A program made the translations under genes and the position numbers. A stretch of DNA of 52,188 bases, from IMG/VR virus record IMGVR_UViG_3300027801_002518, positions 1-52,188 of that record; one strand, written 5' to 3'. Positions 27,667 to 38,200 of this stretch are shown here, piece after piece. The stretch comes from a virus. Lineage: Duplodnaviria > Caudoviricetes. Every line of letters starts with the position of its first letter. Within the stretch, counting starts at the first letter, position 1. Below the pieces are notes generated by a model. The model ran no database searches, was not told the origin of the DNA, and saw only the letters and a program-made list of their open reading frames with translations.

Positions 27667-28314
27667 ATGAATAATAAGCAATTAATTAAAGTAATAAAAG
27701 CACTCGTTGAGGTAGAAGTTGCCAAAAAACAAACGCTATTTTTGTCTAAAACCTTTCCTAAAATCTTAGAAGCAGAAGTTAACAAAAGATTATTAGAGGT
27801 TACAAAGACATCAAAAAAGGTATCGAAGAACAAAACACAGGATCCATTTGATATGGCAAATGAAGTTCTTCGAAAAGAACAATCATCGATGGTTGTACCA
27901 ATACAAGAAAACATACAAGCACCACAGAGAACATTCTCAAAGAACGCAGTTTTGAATCAAGTATTGAATCAAACAACTCCTTTTTCTAAAGCACAGAGAA
28001 ATGGTCAAGGTGGTGGTTCATCTGTATTGGATAGTTTACCACAACAAACACAACAACCAATGGTTCAAGAAAATACTCACATACCTTCTTATATGGATGC
28101 AGAACCAGATATTGACCAAACAGTCAGTATGGGAACATCTTTAGGAGCAGGTGGACCTGAAGCAATGAGAGCTCAAATGGCTCACAAAATGGGATACCAA
28201 CCAATTGGAACTCAACCAAGTAAAACCGGATTAGGAGTACAGACTGGATTACCTGGTTTAGATAGAATATTAAATAGAGATAACTCTGAACTTGTTAAAA
28301 AGTTTAAGAGATAA
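27667..28314 (+). CDS. hypothetical late protein
   Basis: 215 aa, Gln-rich low-complexity middle. Confidence 0.7.
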   Translation: MNNKQLIKVIKALVEVEVAKKQTLFLSKTFPKILEAEVNKRLLEVTKTSKKVSKNKTQDPFDMANEVLRKEQSSMVVPIQENIQAPQRTFSKNAVLNQVLNQTTPFSKAQRNGQGGGSSVLDSLPQQTQQPMVQENTHIPSYMDAEPDIDQTVSMGTSLGAGGPEAMRAQMAHKMGYQPIGTQPSKTGLGVQTGLPGLDRILNRDNSELVKKFKR

Positions 28315-28329
28315 ATAAAGGAGAATTAG

Positions 28330-28764
28330 ATGGCGTACATTCTTGATAAAAAAATAGTAAAAGATACGGATGAGTATAGTAACCATGCGTATGGAATTAC
28401 TTTGCCTATTCAACCAGGAGGTGGTACTATGTTTAATCAATCCTTTTCATCATTTGAAGCTGCTAAGAGTAATTTAAAAAATTTACTATTAACAAATAAA
28501 GGAGAAAGACCATTTCAACCAGATTTTGGTACTGGTCTAGCATCTTTATTGTTTGAACCACTTACTGATGGGATTCTAGAAGAAAAACTTGAAGCAGCAA
28601 TAACAGATAGTGTTAATTTTTGGTTACCATATATTGATATTGATGAAATAGAAGTACAAATGACCGATGAGATGAAAGATTTAAATAGAGCAGTAGTAAA
28701 ATTGTTATTTTCAGTTGGTGGGCAATTTGAATCACAAGAATTAACATTCAACATAGAGGCATAA
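28330..28764 (+). CDS. baseplate wedge subunit gp25/GpW
   Basis: NLKNLLLTNKGERPFQPDFGTGL..LLFEP, WLPYI. Confidence 0.92.
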   Translation: MAYILDKKIVKDTDEYSNHAYGITLPIQPGGGTMFNQSFSSFEAAKSNLKNLLLTNKGERPFQPDFGTGLASLLFEPLTDGILEEKLEAAITDSVNFWLPYIDIDEIEVQMTDEMKDLNRAVVKLLFSVGGQFESQELTFNIEA

Positions 28765-28770
28765 AAAGAA

Positions 28771-30783
28771 ATGGCACTAAATAGTATAACAAAAAAATCG
28801 AATCAAGGTAGGGACATAAAGTACCTTAATAAAGATTTCTCTGGATTTAGAGAAAATCTAATAGATTATGCAAAAACATATTTCCCACAAACTTATTCTG
28901 ATTTCAACGAAGCCTCTCCTGGAATGATGTTCATAGAAATGGCATCATATCTTGGAGATGTTCTTTCATATTATACAGACGATACATTAAAAGAATCTTT
29001 AATGTTATATTCTGAAGATAAACAAAATGTAATTGCATTGGGGGAGTATCTTGGGTATAAGCCAAAAGTAACATCACCTTCAATCGTAAGACTAGCAGTA
29101 TATCAAACCGTACCATCAACCGGAGTTGGAGATGAAGTAAGAGCGGATTTGGATTATTGTTTAAGAATTAAAGAAGGAATGGTAGTAGTATCATCAAATT
29201 CTGGAACAAGATTTAGAAGTACAGAACTACTTGATTTTTCAGTAGAAAACGAAAGAGAAATTTCAATATATCAAAGTAATGAGGGAACACCTACAACGTA
29301 TTTATTAAAAAAATATGTAAATGCAATGTCTGCTGAGTTAAAAGAAATTACTTATAATTTTGGTAATTCACCTCAACAATTTTCTAAAATACAACTTGGT
29401 GATTCTAATGTAATTGATATATATGATGTAAGAGATTCTAATGGAAACAAGTGGTATCAGGTACCTTATTTAGCACAAGAAATGGTGTACGTTCATTTTG
29501 CAAATTCAGAACAAACCGATAAAGATTTGGCTCAATTTAAAGATTCAGTACCAAACGTTCTTAAAGTTTTAAAAACATCGAGAAGATTTACAACTAAAGT
29601 AAATGATGATAATACAACAACACTTGTATTCGGTGCAGGTAGTTCTTCATCTGATGAAACTCTAATACCTAACTTTAAAAATGTAGGATTGGGATTAAAT
29701 TCTTCTATTGATAAAATGGGTGCATCATTTGACCCTTCAAGCTTTCTAAAAACGAAATCATATGGTCAGGCCCCAACCGGAGAGTTTACAGTATCTTATT
29801 TAGTGGGTGGTGGAGTTAAATCAAATGTAGGTGTTGGTGAATTAAATAATCTTGAAACAATTGCATTCGATGATGATATTTCATCTTTTCAAGAAGCAGA
29901 AAAGGCTCTTTATAGAGTATCTAAAAATTCTGTTGCTGTTGATAATGAAGAACCAGGAACTGGAGGAAAAGGGGCAGATACGATTGAAGAAATTAGAGAA
30001 AATGCACTAGCAAACTTTGGTTCACAAAATAGAGCAGTAACTCGTAAGGATTACCAAGTAAGAGCATTATCATTACCAGCAAAATATGGTGGTATCGCTA
30101 AAGCGTATTGTGCACCGGATGGTGAGTTGGATAATAACTCTCCTGCTTCTATATTAGCCAATCAAACTTCACTTAATGAGTTTACAGGATTAGTTCAGAA
30201 ATTGGGTGATACTAAACGAACAGAACAAGAAATAAAAGATGAAGTAATACGATTCTTGGGTGGTAAGAAATCAAATGTATCTGAAAAGAATAATCCATTT
30301 GCAATTAATTTATACATACTTGGATATAATTCGGAAAAAACTTTAGATACTTTAAATCAGGCAGTTAAGGAAAATTTAAAAACATATATTAGTGAATATA
30401 GAATGTTGACTGATGGTGTTAACTTAATAGATGGATTTATTATAAACATCGGTGTTGACTTTGAAATCAGAGTTTACGGTGGATATAACAAAAGAGAGGT
30501 GTTGGTTAAAGTTCAAAAAGAATTAGCAAAATACTTTAATATAGATAATTGGACGTTTAACATGGCAATCAATATATCGGAAATAGAATTATTAATCGCA
30601 GGTATTGAAGGAGTTCAATCTGTACCAAAATGTGAAATTACTAACAAGTGTTTAGGAAACTACTCAAGTCACTCATATAATATACAAGATGCAACTAAAG
30701 GTAAAATGGTTTATCCATCTTTAGACCCATCTATATTTGAAGTGAAGTATCCAAACAAAGATTTAAAAGGGAGGGTTATATAA
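28771..30783 (+). CDS. baseplate wedge subunit gp6 (baseplate J-like)
   Basis: KDFSGFRENL, DFNEAS.GMMFIE, LGYKP, Y.VGGG..SN, GGKGADTIEEIR, QNRAVTRKDY. Confidence 0.9.
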   Translation: MALNSITKKSNQGRDIKYLNKDFSGFRENLIDYAKTYFPQTYSDFNEASPGMMFIEMASYLGDVLSYYTDDTLKESLMLYSEDKQNVIALGEYLGYKPKVTSPSIVRLAVYQTVPSTGVGDEVRADLDYCLRIKEGMVVVSSNSGTRFRSTELLDFSVENEREISIYQSNEGTPTTYLLKKYVNAMSAELKEITYNFGNSPQQFSKIQLGDSNVIDIYDVRDSNGNKWYQVPYLAQEMVYVHFANSEQTDKDLAQFKDSVPNVLKVLKTSRRFTTKVNDDNTTTLVFGAGSSSSDETLIPNFKNVGLGLNSSIDKMGASFDPSSFLKTKSYGQAPTGEFTVSYLVGGGVKSNVGVGELNNLETIAFDDDISSFQEAEKALYRVSKNSVAVDNEEPGTGGKGADTIEEIRENALANFGSQNRAVTRKDYQVRALSLPAKYGGIAKAYCAPDGELDNNSPASILANQTSLNEFTGLVQKLGDTKRTEQEIKDEVIRFLGGKKSNVSEKNNPFAINLYILGYNSEKTLDTLNQAVKENLKTYISEYRMLTDGVNLIDGFIINIGVDFEIRVYGGYNKREVLVKVQKELAKYFNIDNWTFNMAINISEIELLIAGIEGVQSVPKCEITNKCLGNYSSHSYNIQDATKGKMVYPSLDPSIFEVKYPNKDLKGRVI

Positions 30784-31844
30784 TGTACTATTTCGTAACA
30801 GCATCAAAAGATGCAACAATTTATTTACAACAACCTACCCAGAATACGGGTAGAGATGAGATATTAGAAATATCTAAAACATACTATGGTAATTTAAAGG
30901 ATGTTTCTCATTCTTTAATTCAGTTCAATACAAATGAAATTTCTGCTTCAAACGCAAGTGGAGATATTTCAGTACATTCTGCAGAGTTAATACTTAGAGA
31001 ATGTGATTCAATTGAAATACCTTCTGATTATACATTATACGCTTATCCAGTTTCCCAATCATGGGATGTTGGTATTGGTACTCGATTTGATAAAATATCA
31101 ACCGATAGTGTTAGTTGGAATAAACGAAACTCATCAACGAATTGGCTAGTTGGTTCAGCATCATTAGAAAGTACAGGTTCATTTAACGGAAAGGGTGGAA
31201 TGTGGTTAACTGGTTCAGTTGCAACTCAATCATTCTCATATTCATCAACCGATGTATCAATGAACGTATTAGAACCCATCAAAGCATGGGTATCTGGTTC
31301 AATCACTAATAATGGTTGGATATTAAAACACGATTCTATATTAGAAAATGATACCGAAGATTACGGACAGTTAAAATTCTTTTCAAAAGAAACAAACACT
31401 ATCTATCAACCCAAGTTAAGAATAGGGTGGGATGATTCTGCTTATGCTACCGGTTCTCTTACTGAACTTACCTCTGATGATATTCATGTAACGTTTAAAA
31501 GATTAAAGACTAGATATGTACGAGGAAGTAAACCTACAATTAGAGTTTTTGCAAGAGAAAAGTATCCGCTTAAATCTTATACTAATCTTTATGCATATAA
31601 TGATATTAAATATTTACCATCAACTGTATATTATCAAATAAAAGATGTAGTAACAGGAGAAATTGTCGTTCCATTTGATGATAACTATACTAAAATTAGT
31701 TGTGATGCAAACGGACACTTCTTTAAACTTAATTTAACGAATTGGGAAATAAATAGAGACTATTATATTGAAATAAAAATAAATAGAAATGGTGTAGTTG
31801 AATACTTTGAAGATAAAGATTTAACTTTCACAGTAGAAATGTAA
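30783..31844 (+). CDS. virion protein with DNRLRE/CBM96-like domain
   Basis: KDATIY, SLIQFN, V..SW.VG.G, NNGWILK, FFSKET...PKL. Confidence 0.7.
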   Translation: MYYFVTASKDATIYLQQPTQNTGRDEILEISKTYYGNLKDVSHSLIQFNTNEISASNASGDISVHSAELILRECDSIEIPSDYTLYAYPVSQSWDVGIGTRFDKISTDSVSWNKRNSSTNWLVGSASLESTGSFNGKGGMWLTGSVATQSFSYSSTDVSMNVLEPIKAWVSGSITNNGWILKHDSILENDTEDYGQLKFFSKETNTIYQPKLRIGWDDSAYATGSLTELTSDDIHVTFKRLKTRYVRGSKPTIRVFAREKYPLKSYTNLYAYNDIKYLPSTVYYQIKDVVTGEIVVPFDDNYTKISCDANGHFFKLNLTNWEINRDYYIEIKINRNGVVEYFEDKDLTFTVEM

Positions 31845-31846
31845 AA

Positions 31847-33151
31847 ATGGGTTTATCAGATAAATTTAGAATTAACGAATTAGCCAATAAAGGCTCTAAG
31901 GTAATCAAACGAGAAGATTCGTCTGGTACACTTCTTGTGCAAAAAAAAGACAACAAACAAGTTCCTCCTTCTAAAAAAAATAAACCATTCGTTCCATTTG
32001 GTCAAAAACCAATCAAAGGAAAACAAATTTCCCCAAAATATAAATCAGATTGGGTAGATACTGATGAGTTTAATACTATTCCTGATGGTCAAGAATCCTT
32101 TGCTGGTGAAACATCTGGATATTTAGAGAAACCAAAATATAACGAAGAAGAATTACAGAAAGCTATAGATGTAAAAGTTGATGAGTTAATAAAAAAACAA
32201 AAAGCAAAGAAAGTCCCATATATTCGTCTATCAAAATATAATAAACTTTGGGATAATTTTAATAAGAAGATATCTGAGTTAGAAGATTTAACAATACAAT
32301 TAGAAGAACAAATATCAAAGAACGAAGAGTTACAAAGTAAAATTGATTCTATCAACGTTCGATTGGATGCGGCAAAATTACAACAAGCAGCAGCTGAAAA
32401 TGAAACACAGGCTTCAAATGACAGACATACTACATTATTAACCAACTTCCAACAATCTCTTGTTAAGGGTACTAAGGAGGGTATAGAGAGAGTTTCTCTT
32501 ACTGCACAAGTACGAGGGTTACAGGCACAAAAGATAACGTTAGACAATCTTCTAAAAGCTCAAAGAGAATTAACAAAAGCTGCAACAGCTCAAACCGAGG
32601 CATTAGCTAGTCAAATTACAGCTCAACAAAGTCAAATAGCTGGAGCAGCAGCAGAAACCACAGCCGTAGCCGCTGGTTTAGTACCATTCCCAGGTAATGA
32701 GGCCTTTTATGGTATTACCCAAACAGGAGAATGGACAGAATATGATATATCATGGACAACTGCCGCAAAGGGTACACGTCGACCAGGTAATGGTGGTGTA
32801 TTTAAACTACAAAACCTACGAGATGATAAAGCACAGATAATAGCGTTAAAAGTAAAAAATATAACAGGACATTTAAAAGGATATGGCCCATTTGGATTTG
32901 GAAGTGATGATGGAAAACCATCAGCAACCACAGGAGCTATTAATATTGAACAAGGGTCTATGTTGGAGATTCCATTCTTTTTCAATAAATCAATAGGTGG
33001 TAATAATAACCCAGCCCCCAAGAAGAAATGGATTACATGGGGAAGTGCAAGAGATTACGATGGTCAATTTAAACTTGAAGTTAAATTTTCTGATAACACA
33101 ACTCAAACATCAAGTCAATTATCATATAAGATTAGAAAAAATAAAGGATAA
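31847..33151 (+). CDS. coiled-coil virion-associated protein
   Basis: Long central heptad region with a beta-rich C-terminal domain; in the baseplate operon. Confidence 0.65.
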   Translation: MGLSDKFRINELANKGSKVIKREDSSGTLLVQKKDNKQVPPSKKNKPFVPFGQKPIKGKQISPKYKSDWVDTDEFNTIPDGQESFAGETSGYLEKPKYNEEELQKAIDVKVDELIKKQKAKKVPYIRLSKYNKLWDNFNKKISELEDLTIQLEEQISKNEELQSKIDSINVRLDAAKLQQAAAENETQASNDRHTTLLTNFQQSLVKGTKEGIERVSLTAQVRGLQAQKITLDNLLKAQRELTKAATAQTEALASQITAQQSQIAGAAAETTAVAAGLVPFPGNEAFYGITQTGEWTEYDISWTTAAKGTRRPGNGGVFKLQNLRDDKAQIIALKVKNITGHLKGYGPFGFGSDDGKPSATTGAINIEQGSMLEIPFFFNKSIGGNNNPAPKKKWITWGSARDYDGQFKLEVKFSDNTTQTSSQLSYKIRKNKG

Positions 33152-33154
33152 GAA

Positions 33155-35239
33155 ATGGCAATAAAAGGATTTAAAGATATAATCGATAGAAAAGGGTACA
33201 AGGTTGACTCTGAAGATAGAAAGGTATTTGAAAAAGAAATATCTAAATCTAACTTTGGGTTGGGTTGTTCTGATATGATCGAATTTATCTTATTCGATTC
33301 AAGTGAAAATAAATTACCACAAGGAGATGATGGTAAATTGGTACGATATATAAATTTAGATGATAGTAATATAAAAGATTACTTCATAATATCCGATAAT
33401 CAATTTACCAAAAAGAAAGATGGTACTCCTGAATTTATTGTAGATTTAGAAAAACTAATTAATGAGGCAGGATATTCAAACGGAATATTCAAAACTCAAG
33501 TAACTCTATTAAATAGAAGAGCTGGTGTTGATGGGAGTGTTGATAATTCTTTATGGATACACGAAATCTCTCCTTCACGAACTGAAATTAGAATTTTACC
33601 AAATAGAGCAAAGGGAGATAATACTGATTTAGAAAAAAGATTATCAGTTTTTCTTGATAATGGAACATTTAGAGATGATGTAATTTATTATATTAATGTT
33701 TTTATAGATAAATTAAATTTAGAAAAGATACTTAGAACTTTCTTATTTTCCAAAGGAACAGAAGATGCTGGTATAACTTATATTAATTTAATTAAAACAG
33801 AATTTAAAATAGAAAGTTTTGAAATTCTATTAAATAGAGTTAAAACCAAATTCGTGGAATCAATGAAACATTATTCTGAACGAAGAAATTGGAAGATTAA
33901 TGATATAAACTACGGTAAACCTCTTGGTGATAAAGATGATTGTATTGATTTATCAATACCACAATTAGAAAGAGATGCACAACAATCTTTAATTAATTGT
34001 ATTGATTTTTATTTACCAAAACGTAATATCGTAAAAGATAATGTTTTAAGTAAAGAAGAACAAATTACACTTGATAAAGTTAAACGAATATTAAAAACAA
34101 CCACATCTAAATCAATATATGATTCAACTGTTCCAGATAAAGTAAATGCAAGAATAAGAGGTTGTACTGATCCTAACGCAGAAAATTATAATCCATTGGC
34201 ACAAGATAACGATGGTAGTTGTATATATAAAATTGTTAAAGATGAAAAAGATGAAATAGAAGAGGAGGACGACCCATTTGATGATATAATTAGAGGATGT
34301 ACTAGTCCTAAAGCTCTTAATTACAACCCAAATGCAACTGTCGATGATGGAAGTTGTAAATTTAAAGGTGTTATACCATCGATTTCCAAAGTATATTATG
34401 TTTGGTCTGCAAAGGCAACAATGAAATGGAAACAAAATGGTAAACAGAAGTTCACTGGTGGAGTTGAATATCAAAAATTTTCTATTACTCATGATGTTGG
34501 TGCGTTTAAATTTTCAGGTGATGTTAGAGAAGTTCCTAAGTTTAAAATCGCCATTAAAAAAACTATAAGTTATTTAATTAAAAATATTGCTAAAACCTAT
34601 GGCCGAGGAAGCAGCATCTTCGCTGGAAAAAGACCAAGGAGCGTACTATATAAAGATGCACTTGGAAATCTAAAAACAAGTAGTGTATTATTCTCTGGTG
34701 ATTCAACAACCATTTGTGCACAAAAAGGAAGTGTAATTGCTGGTTCTGGTATAGAAGTGACTATCTATGGACCATGTGGAACACCCTACACACCTCCTAA
34801 GCCTAAAACACCTATACCAGAAGACGTTGTAATTGAAGAAGTTGTAATTGAAGGATGTACTAATCCTATAGCTCTTAATTTCAATCCAAGTGCAACGGTC
34901 GATGATGGAAGTTGTACATTTAAACCAAAGGTGGTGGAAACATTTACAGAAGAAGAAGATATAAACGGACCAAGAGGTAGTGGATTTGATGATGAGTTTG
35001 TAATGATAAATGAAGATGGTGTAGCAGTTCGTCCTGAAGGCAATACTGACGGAGGACTTCCAGGAGACCTAGTAGGGAATGGTACAGGAGATATATCACA
35101 AGGAGGTGGTTATGGCCCTATTATAATAAAAGCAGAACCACCTACAAAATCTGGTGGAGGAGAAAGCAACCGTAAAGATATAGAACGTCTATCAGGAAAC
35201 GTGGTTCTTGAAAAAGCACCCACACCAAAAGAGAGATAA
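33155..35239 (+). CDS. baseplate/virion protein with three GCTxxxAxNYNPxAxxDDGSC repeats
   Basis: EISPSRTEIR motif; repeats at 34160, 34295 and 34853. Confidence 0.75.
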   Translation: MAIKGFKDIIDRKGYKVDSEDRKVFEKEISKSNFGLGCSDMIEFILFDSSENKLPQGDDGKLVRYINLDDSNIKDYFIISDNQFTKKKDGTPEFIVDLEKLINEAGYSNGIFKTQVTLLNRRAGVDGSVDNSLWIHEISPSRTEIRILPNRAKGDNTDLEKRLSVFLDNGTFRDDVIYYINVFIDKLNLEKILRTFLFSKGTEDAGITYINLIKTEFKIESFEILLNRVKTKFVESMKHYSERRNWKINDINYGKPLGDKDDCIDLSIPQLERDAQQSLINCIDFYLPKRNIVKDNVLSKEEQITLDKVKRILKTTTSKSIYDSTVPDKVNARIRGCTDPNAENYNPLAQDNDGSCIYKIVKDEKDEIEEEDDPFDDIIRGCTSPKALNYNPNATVDDGSCKFKGVIPSISKVYYVWSAKATMKWKQNGKQKFTGGVEYQKFSITHDVGAFKFSGDVREVPKFKIAIKKTISYLIKNIAKTYGRGSSIFAGKRPRSVLYKDALGNLKTSSVLFSGDSTTICAQKGSVIAGSGIEVTIYGPCGTPYTPPKPKTPIPEDVVIEEVVIEGCTNPIALNFNPSATVDDGSCTFKPKVVETFTEEEDINGPRGSGFDDEFVMINEDGVAVRPEGNTDGGLPGDLVGNGTGDISQGGGYGPIIIKAEPPTKSGGGESNRKDIERLSGNVVLEKAPTPKER
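34160..34915 (+). repeat. three dispersed 21-aa Cys-bracketed repeats (GCT...DGSC)
   Basis: 34160-34222, 34295-34357, 34853-34915. Confidence 0.9.
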
Positions 35240-35242
35240 TAA

Positions 35243-35250
35243 TATTTATA
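35243..35250 (+). promoter_or_regulatory. putative phage late promoter TATTTATA
   Basis: 3 nt upstream of ATG 35254. Confidence 0.55.
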
Positions 35251-35253
35251 GAT

Positions 35254-38200
35254 ATGGCACGAAGAAAACCAAGAGGATTACCAACAGATTCAAACTTTAG
35301 TGATGAAGTATTTGAAAATAACGGCACGCCTATTCTTTCTGGAGGAGGATTTAGTGATAACGCTATAATTAACCAAGGAGAAGCACAAGTACCAGTTCTT
35401 AATCCAGGACCTATTATAATTCAAGATCCAGTGTTTAGGACTAAGTCTATTCCAATATTTAAAAAAGACATAATTAAAAATGACTTTCCAATACTAATAC
35501 CAAGACCAAAACCACCAACTCCATTATCACCGAGCAGACATATAACAGTTTCCATCTTCTCTAAGACAGGTGGAAGTATTCTTATAAATGGAGTAGATAC
35601 TCTTAAATCTCCCACAAACCTTTCTGGGAAATTTCGTTATACTGGAAAAGAATTATTAAAACCAAAATATTTCAAGGTAATAAAAAGTGGATATGCATGT
35701 AAGGAAGAATATAAATTATATTCTACTAAAAAACGACTTATAAAAACAATAAGACCATTAATTGATAATTCCGATGACTTTATTGTACGTGATGAACTAA
35801 TTCCAATTAGAAAAGATGACTTTCGCGTAGAAAACTTTAAATTTAATAATGGAAGGACGTTCGGAGGTATTGGTGATGTTTATTTAGGATTTACAAGACC
35901 AGTAACATCAATTGTTGCAAAAAAACCATCACCAATTGGTAGTATTGCATATGATTACTATGAATTTATATTGGAAAAGAATGGTAAAATAGTTCCTCTT
36001 TCAGAGCAAATACAACCTATTACAAATACAATAAATCCTCTCATGTTTGTTAAGTTGGATTTCAACATGACAAATATTATTATAAACGATGATATTGAAG
36101 ATGATATAGTTGATACTCCGATTACGGTAAATATAGAGAGTTTTGTATCTGCAGATAATATTATACAATATAAAACATCTTGGGGATCCAGTGGATTTCT
36201 TCTAGATGATGATGATATTGATTTAAAACATACAATTAGGGATGGACAAAAAGAAACACCATCTATTAAATTTACATCAATTGGTATTTCGGATTTTACA
36301 CATACAGTAACGTTTAAATATAACACACCACACGTGAGACGTGATGTAATCAATAAAACAAAAGAGTTTACTCTTGATTTAATTCCTGGTCAAACTAACA
36401 TAGTAGTTAATGCTATAAAAGTTGCAGTGGAGGATTCCCCATTTACACCATCTATAAAAGCAGATATTACTAACGTTAAAGTTAATCTTGCTATAAGAAA
36501 TGGAAGAGTAAATATACCATATAAAAGTATTAATGCAGATAAAGTAATTTATACTCTTGGTAAAAGAAAAAGAGAAATAGAGTTAAGTGGTAGTTTAACA
36601 TTAACCAAGTCTGATTTCCCCAACGGAGTAGGTAACTACATAATTTATTTACAAGCCATATCCAATGGTGGTGGTAGTAGTATAATAGAAAAAATATATG
36701 TAACAGTTGGAAGTAGAGAATTTATACCTGGTCCTGATATTACAAACATAAATTATCCACAAAATATTGTTGGTGCTGATTTTAAAGGATTTAATGTTCC
36801 CTTTGATATTAGTTGGCAATCTATTAATACAAATTATATTAAAGTTTACGCTGGAAAGAAAACCAACAGTACATCTTTAGGACAATTTCCTGCATCTGGA
36901 GTATCATCGTTTAATGTTGATGATGTTCTAAGGAAGTTAAATATTATAAAAATAAGACCTGCAGAAGTTAATGGTGTATATCAGTTTAATTTAATTTTAA
37001 TACCATATAACGAAGAAGGTGATTCGGTAACTGAAGGTAAACATGAACAAATAAGTATTACATTTGATAAAGGAAATTTAACAATCCGAAGAGGAACTGT
37101 TATTTCTGATATTAGAAGTGCATTTGCAAAAGAATTTGACCCAACAATTTTTCGAGAATCAATATCACCATTTTTAACTCATTATTTACATTTAGGTGAA
37201 GGTAATAATAAATTGGTTGCTACTTGGGGTATTGATACAGATACACTATCTACCTTTAAAGATGACTTAGACAATAATACTAGGAAAAAAACGAAAGAAG
37301 AGAAATCATTAGTATTAAAACTATACGAACCACTTCCTCCTAGTGTTAATTTAAATGATACTCTTTGGATATCAAAATTACAGGCAATACCTTTAATTGA
37401 CCAAATCACCATAGTTGATGATGTTTCACAAAACTGTACACCACTTACTCCAAACTTTGCTTTGGAAACTAATGATGTAATAGGTTATCAGATTTTAGAT
37501 GATTTGATATCAAGTGGATCTACCACATCTACGGATGTTGTTAATACATTTATATCTTCTTCTGAATTTTCATTGGATAATTTGAATTTACAATTTGTAA
37601 CTACGGATACAATTTTAATAGAAACAGCTGGTAGTGGAAATTATTATCAAGAACATCCAAATCAATCAATCGATTGGAGTAATTTTGTTAAATATTCATC
37701 TGCAGAAGAGAGAGTTGAAAACTTTGTTTATAAAGTTAAATTACTACAATCATATGAGGACCGATATGGTGGATTGGTATCTGGTAGTTCTATTGATTTC
37801 GGAAGTGGAACTTCAAGTTCAATCACAGGTTCTGCAACTTCATCGATTGCTATTAAGAATGAAGCCACAAGAACTCTTGGTAAAATAAATGATGTTAAGA
37901 AAGGATTTGATTCTTTTGAAAAATTCTTATTTACAAGTTCATCTGTAAGTGGATTGACATGGCCAGGAGCTGGACAAAATCAACTATCTGCTTCAACTGA
38001 TTCAAGTGTAACAACTTGGTATGATATTGTTATTTTAGATGCAACTACTTATGATGAAGGAAATAGTTCACGATTAGTTAATAATTTACCTGCTCATATA
38101 CAAAATGATCCAGATGGTTCTTCTTTTCCATTATTCTTTGATATGATTGGACAACACTTTGATGTGTTATGGGCTCATATTAAAGGTATCAATCAAACAA

